From: Eledone cirrhosa
Taxonomy: Eukaryota
DNA length: 64,000 nucleotides
NCBI GenBank assembly: GCA_964016885.1
Contig: OZ024740.1
Span: 374,976,001-375,040,000 of the forward strand
Reading direction: 5' to 3'
The stretch's first letter is position 1, and every line of letters begins with the position of its first letter. Below, piece after piece: positions 14,814 through 27,881 of this stretch. The translations under genes were made by a program, and so were the position numbers. The notes beneath the pieces were generated by a model. The model saw nothing but the letters and a program-made list of their open reading frames with translations. It did no database searches and was not told the origin of the DNA.

Positions 14814-16147
14814 ATACATTATGCATCTCCTATAATCTCAGTTAATTTATTTTTCAGTTAAATTGCCTCTTCAGGTTCAAAATGTTACCGCCCCTTCACT
14901 AGACGTATTATATTGAAAGACGAATTTTGACTGACCATTCCGAAAATTTGGAGGCTATATTAACGTAACTCCTTTGAATACCTCCTAAAAGAAACCTTTT
15001 CCTTTAATTGTTGAGTTAATACTCGTGATATTAGAACAATCTTTCTGTGGTTTGTCTCAATTTTAATATTGTAATCTAAGCAACATAAGTGATTTGTTTT
15101 CGACTTGAAAGGGAATTCTAGGCAGGGTAATATGACAGTAGAAGAATTTACATTTTGTAAGCAATATATAGATTTTTTCAATTATTCTGATTAGTATAGA
15201 TGAGGTGTAATTTAAATTATGTCGGATTATTAACTGAGGAGTGGTTGTTTATATCGAGTTTCCAAAATTATGGTTGCTGAACGCATTCATTGGTTGTCAA
15301 TATGTTTTAAGTAGTGGCAGCACTTTTGTATTTAGAGTGAATAGGAAGTTGTAAGTCCGCAGATAGATATTTTGCACCTAGGTTGCTTCCTATACTGTAA
15401 CTTACGATATGTATGTTATGTTGTGTATCACATTTCCCCGTGAAGCTACCGAGATACGCATGCATTTATGAAAGAATTATCTGTTGACTTCAACAAAACT
15501 CGTATTCCAAGCAAACAAGTGTTATTGATTCACACACAAGTACACATATATACATATATGTGTATGTGTGTGTGTGCGCATGTGTTTACGTGTATGGAAT
15601 ATTAAAAATATCTGCGCATACGTATGTGCTGTTATAACTAATCACAATGAAACACATTTGATTGAAAGATTATTTTGTGGTTTCGTATGTTTCGAATTAG
15701 ATATACTACATTCGATATTTGACCGAAGCAATATGTCTACTTCATTTATACATGTGAAATGAAAATATACACTGACCAATACATATTTCTATATTGAAGT
15801 AAATTAAAACGGTGAGATGAATTGGTAAGTTTAAGGGGTACGAAATCTCTAAAGCAGTTCAAACGTTGTGATATATAAATTCTCTGGATGCATTCCCAAT
15901 TTAAAACAAACCCATCCCATAGGCATACGCATACATTCTTGCCAACTGCAAAACTATGTCTTCTCGTTAATTGTTTTCACAGAAAAATACATTTTGATAT
16001 ATCTGTAGTGAGAATAGTAGCAAATAAAAATAGAGGTAAAGCTTATAAGTATTAAATCAAAACCTTATAAAATAAAATCATCAGAAATTGTATACATGAA
16101 CACATACATGAATACATATTTTAAAACAAACACACGACATATACGAT

Positions 16148-16335
16148 AATTGTTTCTACTTTAGGCACAAGGCCAGCAATTAACCAGTGCATTACTGGTA
16201 CTTTATTTTATCGACCCCGTAAGTATGAAAGGCAAAGTCAACCTCGGCGGGATTTGAACTCAGATCGTAAAGGGACGTAACTATGCTGGAAAGCATGGCG
16301 TCCGACCCTCTACCGATACTGCCAATCCACCGCCT
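16148..16335 (-). mobile_element. tRNA-derived SINE with Nin/Deu-domain-like core
   Basis: Box A tggcagtatcgg, box B gagttcaaatcc, core gcctttcat...ggggtcgataaaataaagtaccag. Same family as the copies at 34066, 36268-36853 and 37605. Confidence 0.8.
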
Positions 16336-16859
16336 TATATGACATATACGATAATGTTATCATAGCATACATTGAGCACACGGCCGATGCGTTGGAACAC
16401 ATCTATTTAACATGTCTATTGGAATAACGAACCCGGATCTGCGGAGTTATAAAGCAAATCATTTAACTAGATACTTCTTACTTTTTTACTGCTTTCAATC
16501 GTAAATCTACGGCAATGTTTGGTTACTACCTACAGGTAATATCGTCGATCTCATCGACCAGAGTTTCCAGTCTAGTGAATATGTTATTGATATTTCTTTG
16601 ATGAAAATATGCGTCATAAACAAACAGTGAATGTTATACCATCCACACTACCGGAAATGTAACCAGAATAACGCGTTGATTATCGAAAGAGTTAGTGCCG
16701 TCGAAATTGTGATTTTTTCTCCGTATCGTACGAGCTTCTGCATGATTTCTCTCTACCGCATTTCAGTCACAACGCATTCGACAACCCATATCTATAAATG
16801 TATATCTCAGCTGCAATAAAATGAGAGAGGAATGTTCCTGTTGAACCTACCCAGTAATG

Positions 16860-17760
16860 TTTAAACTACGTTTTGGCAAATAGATGTAAGGTGGTTGTGG
16901 AGATCAAGTTAACTGATGAATAGTGCTGTTTTCGCTACTGACGCAACACAGTGGATCAAGTATTCAAACTGTAGAAGGTCTTCTTGTACTCGTTAAAGTA
17001 ATGCCAAGAAGTGTATGCTTGATTCGTAGAGCTCAAAAAGGCTTACGATCGTGTTCTACGAACCCTCGCTTGGAAGTTTCTGTAGCAGTATGTGATCGAT
17101 GGGCAGTTTCCTGTTGTCAAGATGTCTCTATACGAATGTCCTAGGATTTGTGTTTGATTAAACTGTGCTAAATCTTAACCATTCTGTGTGGGACTGTGAG
17201 TGCAATAAGGTGTATACTCCCACCTCTCTTGTTTATATTCTTCATGAAGCAAATCAAGATGTCAAAAGTTATTTATTTGCTTTTTTCAAGTTCTATGTTT
17301 AAACTACTAGAACGGAAGTGAGCATAACATCAGTTCGGGCAAAGAAAGTTGTGTTTCACCCCTTCGTACTATATAATTGTCGCATCCACTGGCAGAAATT
17401 TCATTTCTTTTACGGGGACGAGAAATACATACCAAATATATGACAATGCATTCCATTCAATCGTTAGATATTCCGCCAATACAGCATCCTGGATATGTGA
17501 TTATTACCATATCTAAACACAACTGTTGAACACGTTCCGACGTGTGGCCACAGTACCACACAATTTTGCTCAACATCAAAATAAATTGTTAGTGCCTAAC
17601 AAATTGTCCTGACCTCACTCGTTAGCTCCACATTTCATTCTCATGAAAAGATTATGGAATGATTCGGTTTCGAGCATACTTGTCAAGGTTATTAGATCAA
17701 TGGTACAGCTTGCTCGAGAATTTAACAAACTTTTCACAGACACGGATACATTTAATATAA
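16860..17760 (-). pseudogene. Possible piggyBac-like transposase remnant
   Basis: Frameshifted YNKRGGV(D)T-like and DN..T..LF/CGTV-like motifs only; no TIRs seen. Confidence 0.25.
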
Positions 17761-19235
17761 TTTTCGTAGAGATTAATTTGTGTGACACTGCTGGAACGTT
17801 GAAATAAATGTATCTTAAGAAAGCAACTATGAAACTTACTCAGAAGGCTTGAATCGATACAAGGTTATGGTAAATGATAACTGCCCATGATGCCATTCCA
17901 TGGCATCGAACTTGGAACCTTATAATTTCGAAGTTAACTTTTAAATATTCGGGCATACTTTGTCCACAAAGTAAATTATATACAATATCCAATTATATCG
18001 CTTATACGTTAATTACCGACGATGGTGATTTCGCACTGCGACACCATATCTGAGCCCGAATAAAAATCTTTGATCGTATGCCAATAGAGATAACCTGGTA
18101 CCTTCCGAGATTCAGCCATTTTGTTCGCTTATATTTTCCTCTTCTACTCAGTTCTCTTTCCTTCAGTATCGGTCACTCTCCTTATGCACATAAGTATATG
18201 TGTGTGTACGTGACTGTCACTGCGTATGTATGTATGTACAATGACGGTGATAGGTTCTCCTAGCGACTATATGTTTGGATATGTTACTTTAATTACTTCA
18301 TGAAAATTGGGAAAATTCCAGAACTCTGCAATAGATTGAATGATGGTAAAAGTAAGTGAAATTACGACTCTGATAGCTCATCCTTTAACATTTGTAATAT
18401 GATACAGATATTTTATCAGTCAAACAAAAGGACATCGCGTTCATTCTGCAAATTGAAATGTCCATTATCTATGCAAGGCAGATGAAATTTTACAAAAATA
18501 TATTCGTGTGGCACACGTCTGTTTGTTAGTATATTTCTGTTTCCTAATAAGCACAACAAATGTTTATTTAAATCAGGAATTACAGGCTAATTAGATTTAA
18601 AAAAATCCCTGTGTAATATTTCTGAAAATACAAAAGCTATGTCTATTTTATATCCAATAAATCTTGATAGAATGTGGAGGTTTTGTGAACATAATATTAA
18701 AGAATGGATGATGAAAGTTTCATTAAAAACAAATGTTTATATATACCTGTTTCATGTTGATATATTTAGTGTCACTATGAACTAAGTAACGACGCAAAAA
18801 GATGTTGGAAATAGGCATTGAATTATGAGGGTGCTTTAGACTTTGGAACATATATGTTATGCCTTTGATAATTGTAATATTTGCTAGAGTTGGTACATTT
18901 AACATTCCTATATTCCAATACGTTTCTTTAACAAAACATTGCTGACGTATAGTAGATATTATTTATAAATTTCTGAAATCGTATTCAACAAACCTATAGA
19001 ATTATACACACTATTTTGATGATTTAAATGTGATTTGAGGTGGGAATATATATATCTATTAAATAAGTAAATGGTTCCTCATATCGACTTAATGTTTACT
19101 GATTGACATTGTACTGACATAGGTAACATAGATCTGTAAACTGTCTCAGCATCACGTAAGTTTGTGTCCATATATTTATATATGACGTGGTCCACTGTCA
19201 ACTACTATCATGCTGTACAAGTTTGGTAGCGACAT

Positions 19236-19510
19236 CTTCTTGGTTGTCCATCGTAAACGATGATGACATCTTCTTCATTATTGTTCCCGTCTGCCGTGGG
19301 CGCAAAGGTGGCTGTGGAGGCCGATACTTGACTTGCAGCTCCGGGGACAGTGGTGGCAGTGGAAGAGACCGGATTCGCTTGGAGCAGCTGCTGATGCATT
19401 TATCCTCATTTGACGGGTCTCGGTGACGTCTACCAGTCTCTTCTCTTCAAAAGAGTCTTCGGCGCGTCCGGTAAGGGCTCGTCACTGAGTCCTGTCCTGA
19501 GGGCCATAGT
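19236..19510 (-). mobile_element. 3' end of an RTE-clade LINE (C-terminal C2H2 zinc finger plus 3' UTR)
   Basis: A minus frame reads QDRTQ*RALTGRAEDSFEEKR...FHCHHCPRSCKSSIGLHSHLCAH, followed by gtcatcatcg...cgatggacaa, typical of RTE 3' ends. Confidence 0.75.
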
Positions 19511-19807
19511 AAGTGGTTATATAGTATGTTTAACAAAAACATAATCGAAAATAATATTGCAAACGGAAAACTAATACATTAAACATAACAAATCTTTTGA
19601 AAAGTCCAAAACCTATTCTTTTTTTTATGTAAAAGGCAAATGTATATAAACATTAGCTGCTTTTTTTAACTCTTTATCACTTTTCAGATAAAACATGATT
19701 TCTAGAAAAATCCTTAATTATCAAACATTTTCATTTCCTCACTCTCTCTTCACACACCCACACACCCACATACACATACACACATATATATATATATATA
19801 TATATGT

Positions 19808-20634
19808 ATGATTGACCTCGATGTCACGTGATTGATTCTTTTTGAATTTGCCACCGACGCAGTAGGCAGTGATTTTCTCAATGGCTAGGAATTCAGTCCA
19901 CGCTTTGCTATTTTCTATCCACTGAATTATTTTTGTATAAGTTTCCAGAGTCCACGCTTTGCCTGGATACTTAGCTGAGAATAAACTTCCCAGACGACGA
20001 AATGCTTCTCAATATTTTCTTCGGAACATATATTTATTCCATTTCAGAAACTAATTAGTTGGGAGTGAAATTTTAGTAAGTAAGTTAATTTTATAATTTT
20101 CTTATTTTACGTCTCTCATATTATTGTTCTGCAACCCCATGCATTGAACCACAAAGTTACTAAGACAAAACTTATATATTTGCTAGCATGATATGCATCT
20201 GTATGTATATATATGTTACTAGATATTAATTCTTTATAATTATCTCCAAATTATTTGTCGAGCAATATTGGCCAAGACTGCTGCTATGGTAGCAGGCAGG
20301 CCGCTGTCTTCTTAACAAACCACTTTCCACTGATTGACTTCGATGTCACGTGATTGATTCTTTTTGAATTTGCCACCGACGCAGTAGGCAGTGTTTTCTC
20401 AATGGCTAGGAATTCAGTCCACGCTTTGCTATTTTCTATCCACTGAATTATTTTTGTATAAGTTTCCAGAGTCCACGCTTTGCCTGGATACTTAGCTGAG
20501 AATAAACTTCCCTGACGACGAAATGCTTCTCAATATTTTCTTCGGAAAGTATATTTATTCCATTTCAGAAACTAATTAGTTGGGAGTGAAATTTTAGTAA
20601 GTAAGTTAATTTTATAATTTTCTTATTTTACGTC
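19808..20634 (+). mobile_element. ~521-bp tandem non-coding HHR repeat (retrozyme-like family A), about 1.6 units
   Basis: Direct repeat with period 521 (19985 vs 20506), one HHR per unit, flanked by TA tracts, no ORF. Confidence 0.8.
20506..20587 (+). ncRNA. Family A type I hammerhead, intact (the sister copy at 19985-20066 has a core mutation, CAGACGA)
   Basis: ACTTCC CTGACGA CGAAATG...[ATTTTC-TTCG-GAAAGT]...CATTTCA GAAA CTAATTAG TT|GGGAGT. Confidence 0.85.
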
Positions 20635-20743
20635 ACTTATATATATATATAGCGAAGGAAAAGTGGTAAGGAACCAGGTGGACCATAACGCACCAAAGTA
20701 CTCAATACTTAGGGTAGTAGAGTGGGTAATAGGAGTAAGTAAG

Positions 20744-20838
20744 ACCCCGACGGCTGAGCTCAAGCCGTTTCGACGGCTAATTCTGTACTGAATGAAAAAT
20801 CAGTTCTGGTATTTAAATAGCCGAACTTGTCAAGGGGC
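20744..20838 (-). ncRNA. PLE-1 pLTR hammerhead with U3-A8 core variant (second copy at 24321-24415)
   Basis: GCCCC TTGACAA GttCGGCTA...TAGCCGtC GAAA CGGCT-tgagctc-AGCCG TC|GGGGT; GUC triplet. Confidence 0.75.
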
Positions 20839-21174
20839 AATTCCATATATGGTCAAAGAGATAATCACCAGGATTGGTCATCCCACAAGGTAGTAGTAAT
20901 TCAGCGATGGCAGGTTGGTGGGGGAGGTAGCCAAACGTGCCAGTAGGAGAAAAGGGGAGAGGGGGCGGAGTAGACCCATTCATGCGTTGGTGGTGCCAGC
21001 TACAGCTGGGTGTGAGGTCAAAGAGGACGCCGGGGAGGGGGAGGAGGTCAAAACGGTAAGTAGAACGATGAAAATGTAAAACTGTAAAAGGTACTGAGAG
21101 AGAAAAGAAATATAAGCAGAATCTGGTTACTAAGACTTAATTCTCTCGCTATTGCTAGGCTGAAGAAATGCATA

Positions 21175-21390
21175 AATAAGTAAATAAGAAATACATAAAT
21201 AATATTCCACATAAGTAAATAAGAAATACAAAAATAATATTCCACATAAGTAAATAAGAAAAACATAAAGAATATTCCACATAAGAAAATAAGAAATATG
21301 TAAATAATATTCCACATAAGTAAATAAGAAATACATAAGTAATATTCCACATAAGTAAATAAGAAATACGTAAATGATATTCCACAAGAA
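21175..21390. repeat. 35-bp minisatellite (~6 copies) in the PLE-1 3' UTR
   Basis: atattccac recurs at 21202, 21237, 21272, 21307, 21342 and 21377. Confidence 0.92.
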
Positions 21391-21977
21391 AAACATAAAT
21401 GAGTAAATAAACAAATAAGTGAGTAAAAGGATGGATAGATAGATTTAAAAAAAATATATATATATATATATATATATAATGTAGTATAAAAAAAATAAGA
21501 AAACAAATGATAATGATAGAAAAAAAAACCTAGGTGTGACGGAGATAAAGGGACCCTTATGCGGGTATAAGTGCGTGTATCGTACGGTGACGGGTCAACA
21601 GAGAGGGGGGGTCGGAATACTACAGAGACCACCACGAAAAAAAAAATAAATAACGGTTTCTACCCCAAACACCGGGCCAGCAACCACCCAGTGCAGGAAA
21701 GTAGACTAGTACGAGAATATAATTCAGGGTCCCGCAAAAAAATACTGGTGCTAACTCTAAGGTTACCGCCACGAAACAAAATGTCTTATACAAGCTACAT
21801 GGAAAGTCGTACGAATTAAAAATAAAGAACGGAAAATTAATACAGGAAAAAGGGAGAAAAGGGAAAAAGGGAAAAAGAAGAAAGAGATACTGGATCGATA
21901 AAAAAAGGTGTAAAAGAAGATCTTACGTCTCCATAGGCAAGCAGGGGTTACCCATTACAAAATAGGCATGTGGGGTG

Positions 21978-24150
21978 TTATAGGCTACCCCCCGGGTCAT
22001 TATGGGGTTTGAGGGCGAGGTAAGTCCTACGTAATAGGTGTTTACATGCAGTAACCAGTTCATCTTTCTTGTTAAGGAGTTGGTCCGTCGAAAACAACAT
22101 TTGTAATGTTTCCTCCGAGCATAAATTGCACGGACGGCGTCCCCCCGTGTAGGAGTTGGCTCTGGATAGTAATTTCCAAGTGAGATCATAGTTGATGTTG
22201 TTGTCCTTGAGGTCCCATATGTGGCCCGAATGTGTAGTGGCGTGACGCCGGGCCGGGTTTCGGAAGGTATGTCTGTGTTGGTATAGCCGGGTCTTGAAGT
22301 CGCATGCGGTCAATCCTATATAAGCTTTGTTGGAGGTGTCCGTGCTCACGTTGCACTGGTAGATCACATTACGGTCTCTGCATCTGTTGTCGAGGGGGCA
22401 ACTTGATCTATCAGGACAGTTGCACCACCTGGTCGGCTCTCCACTGCTATTTGGGTTGTTTCTTCCATCGGGGTTGAGTTTTTTGTTGTTGGAGGAGACG
22501 ATGTTTTGTGCGAAGTTAGGTGTAGTGCTGTAAGAGAGTTTGATGGTATTTTTGTTAATTATGTTGTGGTAGCGGTGTTGTGGTGGGAAGTGTTTTTTCC
22601 ATGAGCCTAAAGAAAATGTTCCCGATGGGAGTTGTCACCTCAGCGTTGTGGGGAGGATTGAACAATGTTACATTTCGTGAGCGGCGGTGTCGCCTGCTGG
22701 TTCCGCTAATGGGAGCTGGACAGTAGGATATTTCCTCCCGGAAACCACTCCGCTTGAGGGCCTGGTTGTAGTAAGGCGCGTGTTCATCGAATATCCTCTC
22801 ATTAGCTGACAAACGGGATATACGGAGGGAGATGTTTTTGACCAGGTTGTTGGTGATATTCTTGGGATGGTTAGATCGGCGGTGGATGTAGTGCAGGTTG
22901 TCATTGGGTTTCCTGTATGGGTAGTACAGGTCATTGTTGAGATCGAGGGTAACGTCCAGGAAATTAACTCGGGTCAGGGACGTCTGTAGGGTTATTTAAA
23001 ATCCCCAGTCGCGGAAGAAGCTGATTAATTGTTTACGGACCCGGTCTGTACTACTGGCGTTGTACCCTTTACGGGTAAGGAGCCCATCATCACGGTACAA
23101 TCCACCACCAAAAGCCGGAAACATATCGGTGAGTTTGGCTATCAGGAATAATCCTATAAGATCTGTGACCTCCGCCGAGTCCGTAGCGCCCATGCTGACG
23201 TCGAAGGGTGAGTCGGGAGCTCTTTTTATCCATTTGGAGTTGTCAAAGAGTAAGACTGTCTTCCTGGCGTGGAGGATGATTTTTCTTTCCTGGTCGGTGA
23301 TGGGCACAAGTGCTTCGGCGAAGTCCAAGGCGGCAGTGAGTAGCGGTAAGGTGATTGAAGCGTAGTAGCTCTCTATGTCGAACTGGATAAATTTAGTGTC
23401 TCGTTTATCCTCCAAATTGCTGAACCATGAGACAACTTCCTGGGTGTTAATCCATAGGCTAAGTCGGGCGTGTTGCTTGACTTTAGGTCTCACGCGGTCT
23501 AGGATTTTTTTGCTGATTCTCCCTATGTCGGACTTTGTTGGATTTATAAGCCTGATAGATGGTTTACGGTCGAAATCAGATTTGTGGTCCTTCAGTGTGA
23601 AGTAGGGTGTCCGTGGGTCTAGGGGTTCGGTGCGGTCGGCGACCCCGAGGCTAGGGGTAATTTGTTGTCCATCTCGATTAATGTCCTCGAGGCATGAGTG
23701 GTTGGCCTTTTTATAGGTGGAGTTTAGACTGTTCCTGATCAGTGTGTGGTATCTGTCTGGGTTGACAAAGTATAGGTTCCCAGTTTTATCCTAATGCGCC
23801 ATGATGTCATTGGTGTTATCATACTCTGTTTCAGTTGCTACGGAGTTTTTGTAGGAATCGGTTGTGTCTGGGTTTGAATGTAAGGTTCTTGACCAGTTGG
23901 AAGAGGTCATTCTCGAAGGGTGAGAGCAAAGGGTTCGGAGGGGGAGATTTGTAGGTAATAAATCCGAATCTCCCCTTGGTATCGAAGTCCTGAATGTCGC
24001 AGAATCTGTCGTAGAAAAAAGTTCTCCATCTAAGTCTTTTCGCAAATAGGTCGATTTTTTGCGTGAGCATCCGAAGGTAAAGTTTTTTCGGTGGGATTGG
24101 GATGTTCTTGGTAGAGAAGTCGATATTGTGTTTTCGGATGGTGCGGGTGC
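21978..24150 (-). pseudogene. PLE-1 RT + GIY-YIG endonuclease ORF, interrupted by stops and frameshifts
   Basis: FSTKNIPIP, DKTGNLY, QFDIESYY, MGATDSAEV, LYRDDGL, VNFLDVTL, CNC..CPL..C, IYQC..YIGLT..FKTRLYQH, WDLK, CNLC. Confidence 0.9.
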
Positions 24151-24593
24151 AACAAAATGAGCTCGGCGGAAACGGATACGGCGTGGTAAGGTCGGATAGT
24201 GCTCTACTACGGGGATAGGAGCTAGATAGCGAAGGAAAAGTGGTAAGGAACCAGGTGGACCATAACGCACCAAAGTACTCAATACTTAGGGTAGTAGAGT
24301 GGGTAATAGGAGTAAGTAAGACCCCGAAGGCTGAGCTCAAGCCGTTTCGACGGCTAATTCTATACTGAATGAAAAATCAGTTCTGGTATTTAAATAGCCG
24401 AACTTGTCAAGGGACAATTCCATATATGGTCAAAGAGAAAATCACCAGGATTGGTCATACCACAAGGTAGTAGAAATTCAGCGATGGCAGGTTGGTGGGG
24501 GAGGTAGCCAAACCTGCCAGTAGGAGAAAAGGGGAGAGGAGCGGAGTAGACCCATTCATGCGTTGGTAGTGCCAGCTACAGCTGGGTGTGAGG

Positions 24594-25380
24594 TCCAACT
24601 AATTAGTTTCTGCAATGGGATAAAGACAGTTACGTAATCTAACTGTCGAGAATTCATTGCGTCATCAGGTAGTCTATTCTCAGCTAAGTCTCCAGGCAAT
24701 GCGCGGACACTGGCGGCTCATATAAAAATAATAATAATTCGGTAGATGGAACAGCTAGCGAGGACTAAATTCCATGCACTGAAATCCTCACTGCTTCTAG
24801 TCAAATGGCCGATTCTAAAGAATCAATCACGTGACACAGAGGCTAGTCAGAAGGAATGGGATGGTAAGATGACTGACGCCTACTAACACCCCCCAAAAAA
24901 AATTTTTTGGAAGTGGTTTTGGCAGGTTTGCTCGACAAATCAGTGATTTGGAGATAAATATAGATAATTTAATATATCAACTAACATAAGCGCACAGATG
25001 CACGCCTATGCCAGCAAATACACAGGTTATGTCATAGTTCCTAGGTGGTTCAATGCAGGAGGATGCAGAACAATAATATAAAAGACGTAAAATAAGAAAA
25101 TATTTTTAAAAAAAATTTTTTTTTTAAATTTTTTAAAAAAATTTTTAAAAAAAATTTGTTACTTACTTACTTAAATTTTCACTCCAACTAATTAGTTTCT
25201 GCAATGGGATAAAGACAGTTACGTAATCTTGCTGTCGAGAATTCATTGCGTCATCAGGGAGTCTATTCTCAGCTAAGTCTCCAGGCAATGCGCGGACACT
25301 GGCGGCTCATATAAAAATAATAATAATTCGGTAGATGGAACAGCTAGCGAGGACTAAATTCCATACACTGAAATCCTCAC
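24594..25380 (-). mobile_element. Family A partial tandem (second subfamily), HHRs at 24594-24673 and 25181-25262
   Basis: ACTCC CTGATGA CGCAATG...CATTGCA GAAA CTAATTAG TT|GGAGT; homologous to 19808-20634. Confidence 0.8.
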
Positions 25381-26300
25381 ATGGTGGTGATTTCCTCGTG
25401 AAAGTCATCCGGTATTTATCAGATAGCAAACAGTGTTTGAATTAATAGATACCAGGGGACTACATATAACCATTAGTTTGTTGAGCCCCTTATTGTTTCT
25501 ACCCCTCTCCAGCACTAAGGTGACGGTGGGAACTAGTCTCCCATATCGCACCCACTTTACGAGTGTTCATATAGTTAGCAAGTCATAAGCATGAAGACAA
25601 AGTTTGAGAATCCTTTCCCTTCCTCCCTCCACTCTAGCAAACGTTGTGATGGTGGTTGTAATAGTATTAAACAATGTATCATCCCCTGCCTATTAGATTT
25701 ATAACTCTAAATCGATAGGTGTCGGTGAAAGTTATAGGGTGGGAAATAACAGTAAATCAAAGATTGAATAAAGAATGTAGATTAAATTAGTAATTAAATT
25801 AATAGGATTTAAGTAAATAAAATTTATATTTTAACAAATATTAAATATAGGGATTAATGAGGCTATGAGGTGACTAGGCGAAGAGAGATATACAAAAAAT
25901 AAATAAAAATGTACATACAGTAATTTAAAAAAAAATAAAAATAAGAGCAATGGAAATATGGAGAGAGGATTAGTGCAAATAGTGAAGTGAACATAGAAGA
26001 CAAAAATAGAAGAATAAAGGAGGATAACGAAAAAACGAGCGAGGCATATATGTAATACAGAATATTGCATGATATATAATATAACATATACTAGGTATGT
26101 AACTGATCTGACGCCTTATCTGAAACAGCTGCGTTAAGGTAGATTTTGTGTGCAATCATATTCGTAGTGAATGTTTCCCTCGGAGATAAATATTTCCGTA
26201 TTTATTATTAACATTTACAGTCAATTGTGGCGTGCGTGTGTGTGTATATATATATATATATATGTATATGTGTGTGTGGGTGTGTGTGTGGGTGTGTATG

Positions 26301-26415
<115 letters not shown>

Positions 26416-27366
26416 GAATTATAAATATCATAATTATATATCACTTATCTTACTTCATGCGCATTACATATTTTATGTAATTTTGGAAGACATGCTCCTC
26501 CATTGAAAATATACTAATATATCTTAATGGTAGATAGAATATTTAATATCTTACTGCTAATCATGGATTTTCACGTTCATATTAATAAGCCTTCGTACGA
26601 GAAGATAACATAAGCCTATACACTTATCACATCATGAAAATGTTATCTAATATCCATGTGCGACAATTCAAACCGTCAGAGATTTTGCTGTGAGGTTTAT
26701 ACAGTTATCGATTCCGACTGGATTCCAAACTTGTGTCTGGTTTGGGAACTGAGTTCATTAAGTATAATCAATTTTTATTCATCAATCACCAAACTAGAGC
26801 ACATTTTCTAGAGGTTTATACTTGTGCCAACACACAGTGATATATCTATCAATCTATCATCGAATTATTTATATATACATACACACATACAAGCACACAC
26901 GCAAACAAACACGCACAAACGCACATGCACGCACACATGCACACATATTTATACGTGTGGGTAATTGTAACCGGGTGTGTGTATGTATGTTTGTGCGTGC
27001 AAGTGGAGTGTGTAGCCCACTAATGAAGAGCGTCGATTTTAGGACCTTCAGTGAGTGTACATCACGGTTACGAATGCTACATTTTCACACAACCGTAATC
27101 GGTTTGATTATAATACGGACTTAATGATGCAGGTTTTGAGTCGTGAGGAAATCACCTCGTGCAAATTCTAACACAGCAAATGATTGAAAATGCTTCGATT
27201 TATGTGGCACATGTCATACATGAATGCAAGAGATGGACAAAACACATTGCATAGTAGTCGTCAATCTGAGTAAAGATATTGAGAAAATAATTGAGAATGT
27301 ATAAATGTATATGTATAAAAATATATAGAGCCGCATGATCGCTATTCGTTATATATCGATCACATT

Positions 27367-27396
<30 letters not shown>

Positions 27397-27402
<6 letters not shown>

Positions 27403-27646
27403 GATATTAATAAATGGAAACTATATTTATAAAACCATATTTATTTCATTATACATATTTCAGGGATACCAAATTAAATTATGGTATGCCTTCAAAGGGG
27501 TACGTCAAAGGTTATTTGTAAAACTGTTATATATTGTATTTTGTCTGATGAATGCATACCATAATTTAATTTGGTATCCCTGAAATATGTATAATGAAAT
27601 AAATATGGTTTTAGAAATATAGTTTCCATTTGTTAATATCGTATAT
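27397..27646. repeat. Foldback: ~98-bp inverted arms with a ~55-bp spacer; degenerate HHR core at 27540-27595
   Basis: Arms 27397-27494 and 27549-27646. CTGATGA..ATACCA/TGGTAT..GAAA is present but helix I is poor. Confidence 0.8.
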
Positions 27647-27732
27647 CTACTCCAAATACTTGTCGAGTGCTTTATATCAGTTATAAAAATATTTACTTGT
27701 TGTATCCCAACAATTTTAATTAGAACTTTTGC

Positions 27733-27778
<46 letters not shown>

Positions 27779-27838
27779 CATATAATATATATATGTGTAT
27801 GTGTGTCTATGTGGGTGTGTATGTGGTGTGTTTCTATG

Positions 27839-27881
<43 letters not shown>

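Larger units (their letters stand above)
20651..24595 (-). mobile_element. Near full-length Penelope-like element (PLE-1) with direct pseudo-LTRs at 20651-21020 and 24228-24595
   Basis: ~370-bp direct repeats flank an RT + GIY-YIG ORF; the 3' end abuts a (TA)n tract. Confidence 0.92.

Noticed and set aside
14535-14861. Poly-E/R/L/F ORFs
   Set aside because: Artefact of the (GAA)n tract.
19208-19399. 63-aa ORF MHQQLLQ... as a host exon
   Set aside because: Another frame gives the RTE C-terminal zinc finger, so this is a LINE end.
21048-21635. Hydrophobic repeat ORF or CRISPR-like array
   Set aside because: It is a 35-bp minisatellite without unique spacers, in a eukaryotic context with no cas genes.
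21978-24150. Programmed recoding (e.g. selenocysteine) of PLE stop codons
   Set aside because: The interruptions are mixed TAA/TAG stops and frameshifts, consistent with ordinary decay.
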